From contig CAVRCJ010000019.1 in NCBI GenBank assembly GCA_963719515.1, positions 64,001 through 128,000 on the forward strand: a stretch of 64,000 nt of DNA. Reading direction: 5' to 3'. The notes below the pieces were generated by a model. The model was not told the DNA's origin, did no database searches, and worked only from the letters and a program-made list of their open reading frames with translations. Made by a program: the position numbers and the translations under genes. Below, in pieces: positions 17,085 to 28,380 of the stretch (position 1 is the first letter of the stretch; each line of letters opens with the position of its first letter). This stretch comes from an uncultured cyanobacterium. GTDB taxonomy: Bacteria; Cyanobacteriota; Cyanobacteriia; CAKZMO01.

Positions 17085-17852
17085 GTGTTTCAGCAGCTCA
17101 AACAGGACTTTAAAAACGATCTGATTGCGGGACTATTGGTCATTATTCCAATAGCAACAACAATTTGGCTGACCTACACCATCGCCAGCTGGGTCATTAA
17201 CTTCCTAACCCGGATCCCCAAGCAGCTGAACCCGTTTCACGATCTCAACCCCATCTTGGTCTACCTGCTCAATCTACTGGTTGGGCTGGCAGTTCCCCTG
17301 CTGTTCATCCTGTTGATTGGCCTGATGGCCCGCAACATCGCGGGCCGGTGGTTGCTAGATGTGGGGGAGCGACTGCTGCAGGCTATCCCGCTAGCAGGCT
17401 CGGTCTACAAAACCCTAAAGCAAATCCTTGAAACGCTGCTGCGGGACTCTAACAACAAGTTCCGGCGCGTCGTCCTAGTGGAGTACCCGCGCCGGGGCAT
17501 TTGGGCGATGGCGTTTGTCACCGGTACCGTGGGCGCTGAACTCAGCCCGACGAAGAGTCCGGGCAAAATGCTGAGCGTCATCATTCCCACAACGCCGAAT
17601 CCTACCAGCGGCTGGTTCGCCATTGTGCCTGAGCAGGAAGTGATGAATCTTTCAATTTCGATTGAAGACGCATTTAAGGTTCTGATTTCGGGAGGGATTG
17701 TCGGACCAAGCGTCACGGCGACGCTCTCTGAAGGAGCTGCTGCCGCCGACAGCCGCAGCGGCAAAAAGTCCGTCCCTTTTATAGGGAACCGCTTAGAATC
17801 CTATGCTGAGGACCACGACGCTTTGTCCTCGATAGCGCCTGAGGACGATTAA
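17085..17852 (+). CDS. DUF502 domain membrane protein
   Basis: LKQDFKNDLIAGLLVIIP, FRRVVLVEYPR.G, IPTTPNPTSGW. Confidence 0.92.
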   Translation: MFQQLKQDFKNDLIAGLLVIIPIATTIWLTYTIASWVINFLTRIPKQLNPFHDLNPILVYLLNLLVGLAVPLLFILLIGLMARNIAGRWLLDVGERLLQAIPLAGSVYKTLKQILETLLRDSNNKFRRVVLVEYPRRGIWAMAFVTGTVGAELSPTKSPGKMLSVIIPTTPNPTSGWFAIVPEQEVMNLSISIEDAFKVLISGGIVGPSVTATLSEGAAAADSRSGKKSVPFIGNRLESYAEDHDALSSIAPEDD

Positions 17853-17880
17853 GGCGGCTTTCGTCTACCTACTTAACATC

Positions 17881-18507
17881 ATGATGCAACCCCGACGGAC
17901 GGCCCGCGAGCTAGCCCTACTCAGCGTTAGCCAATCAAAATCCCTTAAGAAACTTCAGACTCAGGATTTGCAATCCCTCGTTGTCTCAGCGGTACAGGTG
18001 CTGACCACCGAAGTCCAAGAGACCCTAGAAGCCGCCACGGCGGAGCTAGAGCGAGGAAGCGATCGCCTGCTGGGCAGCGAAATCCGGACTACCGACGTCC
18101 AAAGCGCTCGGGCCATGGTCCACGATGCTATCGGGCAAGCGCAGTCTGCCATCAACCGCCTGGGAATTGCCATAGAACTCCCTGAAACGGTGCAGCTTGC
18201 CAATCAGCAGGACGTGCGGGCCTACGCCCTCGACATTTTGACTCTTCTCAAAGAGCGTCGCAGCGACCTAGACGACCGCCTCAATGAGGCCATGGTTGAC
18301 TGGCAGCTGAGCCGCCTAGCGCGCATCGACCAAGATATTCTGCGGATTGCCGCTGCCGAAATGCTGTTCCTGGAGGTCCCCCCCCGCGTGGCGATCAATG
18401 AGGCTGTGGAGCTAGCAAAGCGGTACAGTGGTGAGGATGGCTATCGGTTTATTAATGGGGTTTTGCGGCGGCTGAGCAATAGCCTAGCGCCGTCACCCTC
18501 AATTTAG
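17881..18507 (+). CDS. nusB: Transcription antitermination factor NusB
   Basis: RRTARELALL, WQLSRLARIDQDILR, VAINEAVELAKRY, FINGVL. Confidence 0.97.
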   Translation: MMQPRRTARELALLSVSQSKSLKKLQTQDLQSLVVSAVQVLTTEVQETLEAATAELERGSDRLLGSEIRTTDVQSARAMVHDAIGQAQSAINRLGIAIELPETVQLANQQDVRAYALDILTLLKERRSDLDDRLNEAMVDWQLSRLARIDQDILRIAAAEMLFLEVPPRVAINEAVELAKRYSGEDGYRFINGVLRRLSNSLAPSPSI

Positions 18508-18568
18508 GAAACCGGTAACTTAGGATAAAGCGCAGGTCTTGTAGAAGTGCGGGTACGGTAATTCAGCT

Positions 18569-20353
18569 ATGGCTCCTTTTAACTGGTTTAAGCGGTCCAA
18601 CGATAAACCGGCGGATCAGCCTCAGGCTGACGCCTCTAGCGCAGACTCCAGTGAACCGCAGTCGCCGAAGCCCCCAACCTCTGATGTAGCGCAACCGGCA
18701 GAAGCGGGCGGAGCGGAGGACCCTGCAGCAAGCGAGCAGCTAGACTGGGCCAAAGCCGCCTACCAGACGATTCAAAAGCGGAAGGCTGAAGAAGCGGCTA
18801 AAGCTGAAGAAGCGGCGGTCAAAGCGGCAGAGGAGCCAGCGCCCGCAGACTCCCCTACCCCAAAATTAGAGCTAGAGGCGAAACCAGAGGCAGCGGCAGA
18901 GGCGGAACCAGAACCGGAGCCGGAATCAGAAGCGGCCCCCGTTGACGAGGTAACCCCGGTCGCCGCCCTCCAGCCCGCAGCATCTTCAGCGCCAGAGCCA
19001 GAAGCGCCAGAGCCAGAAGCGCCAGAGCTAGAAGCGCCAGAGCTAGAAGCGCCAGAGCCAGCTCCCTCGCCAGTAGGCCCACCTGCAGCGACAGACGATC
19101 GACCCGCTCCGGTAGGCCAGCCTTCAGAAGCGACTCGGTCGGAAGCCGTCGAGCCTAGTTCTGAGCCCGTTGTGGAGGCGCAGCCTGCAGCAGTGCCTGC
19201 CGCTCGGCCCTTCTGGGCTCAGGCCGAGGAGGAGCGACAGCAGCGCCTAGAGCAGCTCAAAGCGACCGCCATTGAGGATATGCCAGAAGCGGCCACCGCT
19301 CCGGAGGTGGATAGGCCAGACAGCGACCGGGCAGGCTCTGGGGTAGCCTTTGACGATGACTTTGTTTGGTCGGCCAAGGTGCTTGCCGCCCAGGGCCGCC
19401 GTCCGGACGACGTTTCGGTAGAAGAGATTACCTGGCTCACGAAGCTGCGTCAGGGGTTGGGAAAAACCCGCCGTAGCCTGGTCAATCAGCTGCGGGCGGT
19501 GGTCGGTCAGGGGCCGCTCAACCAAGAAGCGGTCATGGAAATTGAGTCCCTGCTGCTGCAGGCGGACGTCGGCATTGAGGCCACCGACTACATCATCGAC
19601 GCGGTCCAAAACAAGCTGAAGCAGGAGGCGCTGCCGCCAGACGCTGCGATCGCCTATCTCAAAGAAATTTTGCGCGACATTTTGGAGAAGCCCTATAAGA
19701 GCGGCTACAACCCCACCTTCGCCCCCAAAAAGGGCGACCTCAACATTTGGCTTTTGACCGGCGTCAACGGCGCGGGTAAAACGACCACCATCGGCAAGCT
19801 GGCTCACCTCAGCCGCAAGTCAGACTACAGCTGTCTAATCGCCGCCGCCGACACCTTTAGGGCAGCGGCGGTAGAGCAGGTGAAAATTTGGGGCCAGCGC
19901 AGCGGCGTGGAGGTGATTGCCAACCCTGGCCAAAATACCGACCCTGCGGCTGTGGTGTTTGATGCGATCGCTGCCGCTCAGTCTCGCCACGCTGACGTAT
20001 TGCTAGTGGACACAGCAGGGCGACTACAAAACAAGAAAAATTTGATGGACGAGCTGAGCAAAATTCGTCGCATCATCGACAAGAAGGCCAGCAGCGCCAC
20101 CGTAGAGTCGCTGCTCGTGCTAGACGCCACCCTAGGTCAAAATGGACTACAGCAGGCTAAGGTTTTCTCGGAGGCGGCTCAGCTGAGTGGCGTTGTGCTG
20201 ACAAAGCTAGACGGTACGGCCAAGGGGGGCGTGGCTTTAGCCGTGGTGCAGCAGCTAGGGCTTCCCATTCGCTTTATCGGCGCGGGGGAGGGCATTGAAG
20301 ACCTGAGGCCGTTCTCCAGCTACGAGTTTGTAGAGGCGCTGCTGAGCGGTTAG
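18569..20353 (+). CDS. ftsY: SRP receptor FtsY with long acidic Pro-rich N-terminus
   Basis: GVNGAGKTTT, DTFRAAA, DTAGR, TKLDGTAKGG; 15-nt APE(P/L)E repeats near 18989-19060. Confidence 0.97.
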   Translation: MAPFNWFKRSNDKPADQPQADASSADSSEPQSPKPPTSDVAQPAEAGGAEDPAASEQLDWAKAAYQTIQKRKAEEAAKAEEAAVKAAEEPAPADSPTPKLELEAKPEAAAEAEPEPEPESEAAPVDEVTPVAALQPAASSAPEPEAPEPEAPELEAPELEAPEPAPSPVGPPAATDDRPAPVGQPSEATRSEAVEPSSEPVVEAQPAAVPAARPFWAQAEEERQQRLEQLKATAIEDMPEAATAPEVDRPDSDRAGSGVAFDDDFVWSAKVLAAQGRRPDDVSVEEITWLTKLRQGLGKTRRSLVNQLRAVVGQGPLNQEAVMEIESLLLQADVGIEATDYIIDAVQNKLKQEALPPDAAIAYLKEILRDILEKPYKSGYNPTFAPKKGDLNIWLLTGVNGAGKTTTIGKLAHLSRKSDYSCLIAAADTFRAAAVEQVKIWGQRSGVEVIANPGQNTDPAAVVFDAIAAAQSRHADVLLVDTAGRLQNKKNLMDELSKIRRIIDKKASSATVESLLVLDATLGQNGLQQAKVFSEAAQLSGVVLTKLDGTAKGGVALAVVQQLGLPIRFIGAGEGIEDLRPFSSYEFVEALLSG

Positions 20354-20674
20354 AGGCGGGGGCACCGCTTTAGGCGAGCTGCCGCGATCGCGCTTGCCTG
20401 CTGACCCAGCTATTATGCCTGGGCAGAACCTGCTTTGGTAATGGGCACCGTCAGCGCCCAAACGACTAGCGGGCAAAGAATAATGTTTGCAGCGCTAATG
20501 GTGCCGATGATCAGCAGACCATCTATAAGTTCTGACGTGAAAAGAGTAGACATGATGTACAGCCTTGCATCATAGAGGTCTACCTCTCTCTTCGCGGCGA
20601 TCGCCCACCGATCCTGACTCCTGCAACATCACGTGACGTGATGACGGCAGGATGAAGCGGGCGGGCCGGTAGTC

Positions 20675-22018
20675 TTATTCGCCTGCCCCGTCGACTGGGG
20701 GAGGATCTGCTGGAGGAGCAGGCTCGGGAGCGGGTTCCACTGGCGGCGCGGGCGCTTCTGCGGCTGGGTCCGGGGCGGGCTGAGGCGCAGGCTCTGGGGC
20801 CGGTTCTGGCGCAGGCGCGGGCTGAGCCGGAGTCACTGTCTCGGGTGACTCCACGGCTTCTGGCGCGGGTTCGGGTTCGGGTTCGGGTTCAGGAGCCTCT
20901 TCCGCTGGTTCTACCAACTCCTCTGGTTGAGGCGGCACTTCGTCAATTGCTGGTCTTGTGGTTGTCAGGTAAGACCATACGGCATAGCCAATCAGTCCGC
21001 CCACAATAGCCGCCACGAGCAGCAGTATCAGGGCAAACAAAAATCGGCTCGGAGAGCGCTCAGAAGACTTGTCATTGCCGTCGCTTGCCCTCTCGTCAGC
21101 CGTGACGTCCGCAGCATCACGATCTGGCTGGCTAGCGAGCGGCTGCGCGGGCTCACTCCGGTCAAGTGCCTCAACATTCGGAACAAATCGCGGCGGGTTG
21201 GCCTGCTTTGCGGCTTGGACCTGCTCTTCCATCATCTCATCTGAGACCGACGGCAGCGAGTCAACCAAAACTTCGGGCGAAGACAGGACGGCGTTCGGCT
21301 CTATTGCCCGAGCCCCAGGCGGCACCGGCATTTCCGGCTCTTCTAGATCGCCAGAGGACTCATCATCAAAGCTTCCGAACCGCTCAGAGGCCTCTGCGAA
21401 GTCGGTAGAAGTCGGCGGTGGGCCTGAATCTATATCTGGGGTGTCTACGGTAGTCTGGCGGCCTACCTCAGCTGTAAGCTCGTTAAAGTCGGCATCGTCT
21501 CCCACAGAGCCTGGCGTCTGAATGACGTCGAACTCGTCTTCTTCAAACTGGGTCTCCGCCGATAGCGGCGGGACAACGACGGGAGCAGGTTCTGACGGCG
21601 GTGGCGTGGGGGTGGGCGGCGGCGGTGGCGCTTGGGTGGTAGGGGGTGATGGGGGCTGGGGGACGGTAGGACGGGCTGCCGCAGGCGGTGATGGGGGACG
21701 CGGTGCGGTCTCTATCTCTGGAGATTCTGCGCCATTGACGGCGATCGCCTCTTCCCAAACGAGGCTTCCGTTTTGCCGACCGCGTACGGTGACCGCCCGA
21801 ATTGAGGTGAGGTTGAGATTTTTAAGGCCATTGCTGACAAATGTCTTCAGGAGAGAGGCGCTTGTGGCATTGTCTGAATCCATCATCACGTTGAGGCGAT
21901 CGCCCTCCCGCTCAACCGATGCGGTGATGCCCTTCGACTGCAGCGAATGATTCATCAGCGCCGCGATCGCTTGGGGATCTGCGTTACGCGCTCGCTCGAT
22001 CAAAGTGGAGTTTGCCAT
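20675..22018 (-). CDS. Hypothetical Pro/Glu-rich single-pass membrane protein
   Basis: Globular N-terminus (ARNADPQAIAALMNHSL), low-complexity linker, one TM segment, Pro-rich tail. Confidence 0.8.
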   Translation of the reverse strand: MANSTLIERARNADPQAIAALMNHSLQSKGITASVEREGDRLNVMMDSDNATSASLLKTFVSNGLKNLNLTSIRAVTVRGRQNGSLVWEEAIAVNGAESPEIETAPRPPSPPAAARPTVPQPPSPPTTQAPPPPPTPTPPPSEPAPVVVPPLSAETQFEEDEFDVIQTPGSVGDDADFNELTAEVGRQTTVDTPDIDSGPPPTSTDFAEASERFGSFDDESSGDLEEPEMPVPPGARAIEPNAVLSSPEVLVDSLPSVSDEMMEEQVQAAKQANPPRFVPNVEALDRSEPAQPLASQPDRDAADVTADERASDGNDKSSERSPSRFLFALILLLVAAIVGGLIGYAVWSYLTTTRPAIDEVPPQPEELVEPAEEAPEPEPEPEPAPEAVESPETVTPAQPAPAPEPAPEPAPQPAPDPAAEAPAPPVEPAPEPAPPADPPPVDGAGE

Positions 22019-22521
22019 GCTAAAAACACCAAGCTACTGGAGACGTTTTACAAGACCGCTTAGCCGCTGCCCAATACCGTTGTGGTCGGCAGCAACTTAA
22101 GTATTATCACCGTAGGGTTAACAATACGCCAATCTTACTTGAAGAATCGCGATATTTTTGGTCCGGCGGTTCAGCTTCAACACTCCGGACAGTTTTTGAT
22201 GGCTAACGGTGGAATGCGGGTTTCAGGCCTCTTCCACGGCAGCTTGGCCAACGAGAAATCGAGGGTTTCAGCGCTTGTCCAGAAAAGTGTCCGGACTATT
22301 GTCAGCTTAGAACATTGAGTTATCGCTGCCTCTGTTTTGACCCTGTGGCCATGGGGAGAGGGGCCACAGACCTTTTCCAGACAGGGAGGCGACCTTTCGC
22401 GCAGGCTCGATTTATTTGCGGCAGTCGCTTGACCTGATTTCGCCCTGTGGCTGCGTCATCTTTTGCTCTACAATCGTTTGCAGCGACCGGATTTCTGCGG
22501 ACCTCGACGAGTGTTTAGCCC

Positions 22522-24112
22522 ATGAGTATTGGATACGTTGCCTTAGTTCTACATGCCCACCTACCATTTGTGCGCCACCCAGAGAGCGACTTTGTTTTGG
22601 AGGAGGAGTGGCTGTTTGAGGCGATTACCGAGACCTACGTCCCCCTACTGCTGGCATTCGAGGGGCTAAAGCGGGACGGCGTCGACTTTAAGATGACGAT
22701 GAGCATGACGCCGCCTTTGTTGTCGATGCTGCAAGACCCGCTGCTGCAGGATCGCTACGACGAGCACCTGGCAAAGCTAGAGGAGCTGGCGGAGCTGGAA
22801 ATCGACCGCAACTCCCAAAACGGCCACGTCCGCTATTTGGCGGAGCACTACGCCACCGAGTTTAACCAGGTACGCAACACCTGGGAGCATTACGATCGCA
22901 ACTTAGTTAAGGCATTCAAACAGTTTCAGGACAGCAACAACCTCGACATCATCACCTGCGGCGCTACCCACGGCTACTTCCCGCTAATGAAGATGTACCC
23001 CGAGGCGGTGTGGGCGCAGATCAAAGTCGCCTGCGAACATTACGAGGAGGCCTTTGGGCAGTCACCCCGAGGTATCTGGCTGCCAGAGTGCGCCTACTAC
23101 GAAGGGGTGGAGCGCATGGTGGCCGACGCAGGGCTGCGCTACTTCCTCACCGATGGTCACGGCATTCTTTACGCTCGTCCGCGTCCTCGCTTTGGCACCT
23201 ATGCGCCAATCTTCACTGAATCTGGGGTAGCTGCTTTTGGGCGTGACCACGAATCCTCTCAGCAGGTGTGGTCGTCGGAGGTCGGCTATCCGGGGGCGGC
23301 GGAGTACCGAGAGTTTTACCGCGATTTGGGATGGGACGCAGATTACGAATACATCAAGCCCTACGTGATGCCCAATGGTCAGCGCAAGAATGTAGGCATC
23401 AAGTATCACAAGATTACGGGTAAGGGGCTGGGGCTAAGCGACAAAGATTGGTACGACCCTTATTGGGCGCGGGAGAAGGCCGCAGAGCACGCCGGCAACT
23501 TCATGTACAACCGGAAGAGGCAGGTGGGGCATCTGCAAAACGTTATGCAGCGTCCGCCTATTGTGGTGTCCCCCTATGACGCGGAGCTGTTTGGTCACTG
23601 GTGGTACGAAGGCCCTTGGTTCTTGGATTACTTCTTCCGCAAGTCCTGGTTCGACCAAGACACCTTCGCCATGACGCACCTGTCAGACTACCTGCAGAGC
23701 AATCCGACCCAGCAGGTGGCCTGTCCTTCTCAGTCGAGCTGGGGCTACAAGGGCTTTCACGAATATTGGCTCAACGAAACGAACGCCTGGATTTACCCTC
23801 ATCTGCACAAGGGCGCTGAGCGAATGATCGAGCTGGCGAAAGCGAGAACCCGCCGATGAGCTGGAGTGGCGAGCATTAAACCAAGCGGCTCGGGAGCTAC
23901 TACTGGCCCAATCGTCTGACTGGGCCTTCATCATGCGTACGGGAACGATGGTGCCCTACGCAATTCGCCGGACGCGATCGCACCTAATGCGCTTCAACAA
24001 GATCCGAGACGACCTGATGGAAGGCAAGGTGGATTCGGGCTGGCTGCAAAAGGTTGAAGTGATCGACAACATTTTTCCGAATATTAACTACCGGGCATAT
24101 CGACCGCTATAG
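22522..24112 (+). pseudogene. Glycoside hydrolase family 57 (branching-enzyme type) with a single +1 frameshift at about 23840 (real mutation or sequencing error)
   Basis: HAHLPFVRH, GIWLPEC, PYDAELFGHWWYEG; removing one A at 23839-41 continues into REPADELEWRALNQAARELLLAQSSDWAF...YRPL* giving 529 aa. Confidence 0.9.
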
Positions 24113-24167
24113 ACAGGGCATGCCCACATCACAATCGGCTGAGAACATCAGATGTCTGGGCTCCGAA

Positions 24168-24314
24168 AAGTATGCCGACTATCAGCAGATGACCCGGACT
24201 CAAACAGTAGACAATTTGCTGCAGGGGCAAGTGCTGCGGGAGCTATCGGTGGCGCTGCTGAAGGCGTACCTAGACCGCTCCCGCAGCGTCAGGCTGCTGG
24301 GGTTGACGGTCTAA
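24168..24314 (+). pseudogene. DNA polymerase IV (DinB) C-terminal little-finger fragment
   Basis: KYADYQQMTRTQT...RSVRLLGLTV matches the Y-family KxxDF...TRS.T...VRLLG pattern. Confidence 0.65.
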
Positions 24315-24435
24315 ACCGGGCTGGGGGAGAGGCCGCTTAAGGCTACCGTCAGCTCTGTCTGAAGCCGTCCTGATCAAGGGTGGCGATCGCCTTTTTCGGG
24401 GTTACCCAGCGGCAGCTGAACCAACGCAATAAGGT

Positions 24436-25140
24436 TTAAAACTGGCTGGTGCGCAATAGCTCAGCGTGGGCCGTCGCGACCTCTTTCATCATCTGGTACT
24501 CTTCCTTGATCTGCTTGTGCTTGTAGTCAATGATAATTCCGTTGTCCGTCACCAAAGTGGGGTCATACGAAGCGACCTGCCTACCGATTAAAATTTCTCG
24601 AATCGAGCGGACGTACTCGAGCTGCAGCTCTTCGGCCTTATTCGCTAAGCTTTCAACCTGGAATAATGCTTTTTCGTAAACGCTTTTGTGCCCAGCGTAA
24701 ACTTCTGACGTTTCGACTAAGTTAAGCAGCTTTTGAAGCTCGTGCCACTGCTGTCTTAGCGCTAGAATCTCTGGCTCAATCAATTGGACATGGTCACGCA
24801 CTAAGGCAGTCAGCTCCTGGGCGACTGCTACGTCTATTTTCTCTTGATGACTGGCATCCCTGAGGTCTGGAATCTGAACAGCGCGAATGTCGTGCCAGGA
24901 GTACAAATACTCAACTTTGCTGTAGCGCGTTAGCCTTGGAAAGATGACCTGAACCCTGTAGTCTCTATCGGCGCTGAAGAAGAAGCCGATGGTGCCTAGG
25001 GGCAGGCCGGGATAGCGCTCTTCAGCTCCGTTTACCTTGATCACAGGGCTGCGTTTGATGCGCTTTATTTTTTGATAGGGATAAAGAACGAAATAATAGA
25101 TCCCGCCCAAAGCGATGAGGACGAAGAGGGTTGCAATCAT
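24436..25140 (-). CDS. Hypothetical protein with N-terminal TM segment and coiled coil
   Basis: 234-aa open frame, lower GC than the flanking core genes. Confidence 0.8.
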   Translation of the reverse strand: MIATLFVLIALGGIYYFVLYPYQKIKRIKRSPVIKVNGAEERYPGLPLGTIGFFFSADRDYRVQVIFPRLTRYSKVEYLYSWHDIRAVQIPDLRDASHQEKIDVAVAQELTALVRDHVQLIEPEILALRQQWHELQKLLNLVETSEVYAGHKSVYEKALFQVESLANKAEELQLEYVRSIREILIGRQVASYDPTLVTDNGIIIDYKHKQIKEEYQMMKEVATAHAELLRTSQF

Positions 25141-25324
25141 TGATTCAGTGGCAATCTGAGTTTGGAACTGCAGAGGCTTGAGTTAGGTGACCCTGAGGAG
25201 GTGATTGCAAAGATTGTCAAAGCGGTCGCTACGCCCCAGATCTTATCCTCTATTTCTAGGAAAAGCCAACCGCAGTGCGCAGGTCGACTAGTTGCGCGGC
25301 GATGGCTGCCGCCGTAATTTTACG

Positions 25325-26443
25325 CTATCGTTGCCAAATGTTGTAAGGACGAGACTGGCTCAGTCTGCCCGTATGGTCTCTCTTCTGCGCGAACGCGGTT
25401 TCTATTTCATAGGGGCGAACAAGATCGAAGCAGCCTTCTGTCTGGTTCCAGATAAACATCTCAGTATCATTAGTCGCCCGCCAGTGCTTATCCTCAGGAG
25501 GATGGCCAAACCGGAAGTGAAGAGTAACCAAATGCGTTACCGGACAGATTTGCGATCTGATGGCCGTGACGACTGTGATCAAGACAATATCCCCTGCGAA
25601 AACGTCTGAGACAGGCCCATCGTGCGCGATAACTTCTCAAGTCTTCGAAGGGAATTAGTCCTCGCATTTATCGGGAGACACTTGCCAGTGTGTCATTTCG
25701 CCCTCAATGATCTTGATCGCGTCTAGAGCGTGACCATGATGGTGCATCCAAACCTCTTGTCCCGACTTCCAGCTGATTACATATACTGTCAAAGACCAGG
25801 TTTGGAAAATGAGCTGTCGCCTGTAACTGTTGTCGTCAAACTCAACGTAGCGCCTAATAAAGTCTTGAGTCAGCTCTGTATCCTTAACCAAGCTGTAAAG
25901 GAAATTTATATCTACTTTTTGTGGATGAACTGCCTCTACGTTCCTGATCAAGCAACTCAACATAAAATTGTTGATAATCCCCTCGCAATCAATAATTTTG
26001 TCGCCTCTCGCTCGGCATTTTTCTACGATGCGATCAACCTGACGAATCCAATAGGAGGTTTGGGGAGACGAGTAGCCCATCAGCTTTTTGCTGAGCAGTG
26101 CGTTGTACAGCCGACGAGTTGAGCAGTATTGCCTAATCTCCCTGATGTCGTTGGAGTTTAAGCTTGTTCCGCTGCATCTAGAATCATAGTCAAATTCACT
26201 AGGATAATCAGACTCGCTACCGGTTTTTTTTAGTAGGTAAGCTAACAGCTCCTCGAAAGCGAGAATTATCGACGCTTTTACGAGTGAGACAAAGTACAAG
26301 AGAGCCTTGATCAATCTTACTAGTTTCGAAGCACCTCTCCGCCGCAGCTCGTAATCGCTTTCCCAAAGGTCGCCTAGAGACTCATCTCTAATAGAATCGA
26401 AAATTAGATATTTTGCCGCGTTCTCTATCAGTTCTGCAAACAT
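25325..26443 (-). pseudogene. Cupin / cysteine-dioxygenase-like protein split by frameshifts
   Basis: SYRRQLI...ISWKSGQEVWMHHHG...IKIIEGEM; downstream frames give HGHQIANLS and LVTLHFRFG. Confidence 0.65.
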
Positions 26444-26595
26444 AACACCTTCACCTATGACGCAATATAGAGGAATTAAAGACAGAGCGCTACACAATAC
26501 GAAAATTCAGACCACAGCGAAGCTCTTATATGCCTATCTCTTTGAACTAGCCTTTCTTAGTTAAAAAGAAGGTTGCGGAATTTTGCTTTGGCTTT

Positions 26596-27175
26596 TTATC
26601 TGGATTCTGATTTTTTCGATCTCGATGAGGGTTTCTTCCCCTCTGATCGTGACCGCAGGAACAGCGATTGCGCCCATTTCTGATCGCCAAATTCTCGCAG
26701 ACTTTTCTGTTCTGAATGAGCCCTTTGTCCTTCAGTCGCGGGAGTTAGCAGGACACCGACGCCCACCAATAAATTTTTGAGCTGCCAGATGGTGCCAATG
26801 CCCAGCACGTGGCCCATCTCGTGAACAATGACGTTCAATAAGCCGCCCTCAGCCTCCAAGCGAGCCAAATCGCCAATGTCAAACTCCATGACGCCGATTA
26901 TCGGCAGCAGCGAGCCGCTGCGCAACCTTGTCGGCCCGGCCCGACCCAGCACACCGTTTTGGCCATCAATGGGAAGTCCTCGGCTTCGCATCAGAATGTC
27001 ATCTACCGTATCCCCATCGACAACTGCAGTGGGTAAGTCGCCGGAAGAAGCACACCTTCTGACCATCGAGCAGATATTCGCGCATTGTAGAACCGCAAAC
27101 GCAACGGCCCGACGTTGAGGAGCGCGCGGATGAATGCCGATGACTGAGCGGAGGTGAGGCGGCGCTGATTGGCCA
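26596..27175 (-). pseudogene. Zinc metalloprotease fragment (M8/leishmanolysin-like), frameshifted
   Basis: GDLP...VDDI...IDG.NGVLGRAGP...GVMEFD..DL...VIVHEMGHVLGIGT. Confidence 0.75.
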
Positions 27176-27194
27176 GAGGCACCAAGCTCAAGGC

Positions 27195-28050
27195 GTGCCG
27201 AACGACGAAGAGATCCGGCAAAGGTCTACGGAGATGGGCTTGGTCTTAAGCGGGTGCAGACGTCCAATTCCACAGAAGGTTATTGCCGAGACCGAGAATA
27301 TTTTCAAACAGGTCGATCAGGTGAATCACGCAGCAGATAAGGACCGAACGAGTCTGCGCAAATCGATCGATGCCAAAACTGCGGTGAAGGCAGGCGAGTA
27401 CGACCGGCGGGAAAAACACGGGTGGTGACCCATGCCAAAGACCATGACTGTCAGCCTGATGCTCAGCTAACGCCCGTTGGTATTCTATTGCCCGACGAGC
27501 AAGAGCTATCGTGTACTTCGTCGCCTCTCGGGTGACAGCAGATTGCATCGTTGACCTGCTAGAGCAGTGGTGGCACGGAGTGAAAGGCCGTTTCGCTCAC
27601 ATCGAGCGGTTAGTGATTAATGCCGACAACGGGCCGGAGAATCATTCTCGGCGCACCCAGTTCATGCATCGGCTGGTGAAGTTTGCAGTGCGAACAAATC
27701 AATGAGGTGACGTACTATCCGCCGTGACACGCTGAAGTAACCCGTAGGCTGACTTTGTTGGTAGAGCAGCGCTGAGCGAGGAGCTGATGTTTGTAGGGGG
27801 CAAACGGTGCGAAAGTTTGCTCCGACTGTTTCGTTTCAAGGGTAAACACTTGCTGGTCAGCCTAGGACTTAATGCACCTAGCGAGTCAGGCATAAGTTGG
27901 CTAGGCAGCGAGTAAACGGAGTTGAAAAGGGTATCACGCCCTCACCGGGTTGGAAAAGTGACTCGTTGAGATTCGCGTCTATGCTGATTTAATGGACTCC
28001 TATCTTATGAGGAGGACCTAATGGTCTGTATATCCGGTTTTCGATATCGA
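27195..28050 (+). mobile_element. Degraded ISAzo13-family DDE transposase (boundaries approximate)
   Basis: Fragments PQKVIAETENIF, SIDAK..VK.GEYDR, VTADCIVD.LEQWW, LVINADNGPENHSRRTQFM, YYPP. Confidence 0.85.
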
Positions 28051-28154
28051 TGGCCGCTATCGGTGGCTGTATTTTCAGCTCTGCTCACGGCCGATACTCT
28101 GAGCTGTATGAGCAATAGCTCGCCCCCATAGGACTCATAATGGAGAATGACTCA

Positions 28155-28380
28155 TGTTGACTGAACATACCCCCCTGTTTCGCTATACCTGTCGATTTAT
28201 TAAGTACTTCTTTTTGTTTGGCATGGCCTGGCTACAGCTGGTCTAATCGCCAGCGTCTTCGGCGCGTCAAGCGAGGTACTGTACTTGCTCGGTGTCATCA
28301 AGCTGCTGCTACTGCGCGTTGCGATTGGCACGGCGATCGCCCTCGGCTGTGCCATCATCTTCGAATCGACCCGTAGTGCT
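28155..28380 (+). pseudogene. Frameshifted small membrane protein
   Basis: Pieces FAIP / RFIKYFFLFGM / AGLIASVFGA...LLLRVAIGTAIALGCAIIFESTR lie in different frames. Confidence 0.45.

Noticed and set aside
18569..19330. Long repetitive N-terminus of FtsY as a novel fusion
   Set aside because: Acidic low-complexity extensions are a known variable feature of FtsY.
20540..20652. Two hairpins between ftsY and the convergent gene as an ncRNA
   Set aside because: Position between convergent genes is adequately explained by termination or RNA stability.
23835..23850. Programmed ribosomal frameshift in GH57
   Set aside because: It would need a +1 shift, there is no recognisable slippery site or stimulator, and a simple indel explains it.
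24391..28332. Absence of HIP1 as stand-alone proof of horizontal transfer
   Set aside because: A core region (about 15215-18055) also appears HIP1-free, so this is only supporting evidence.
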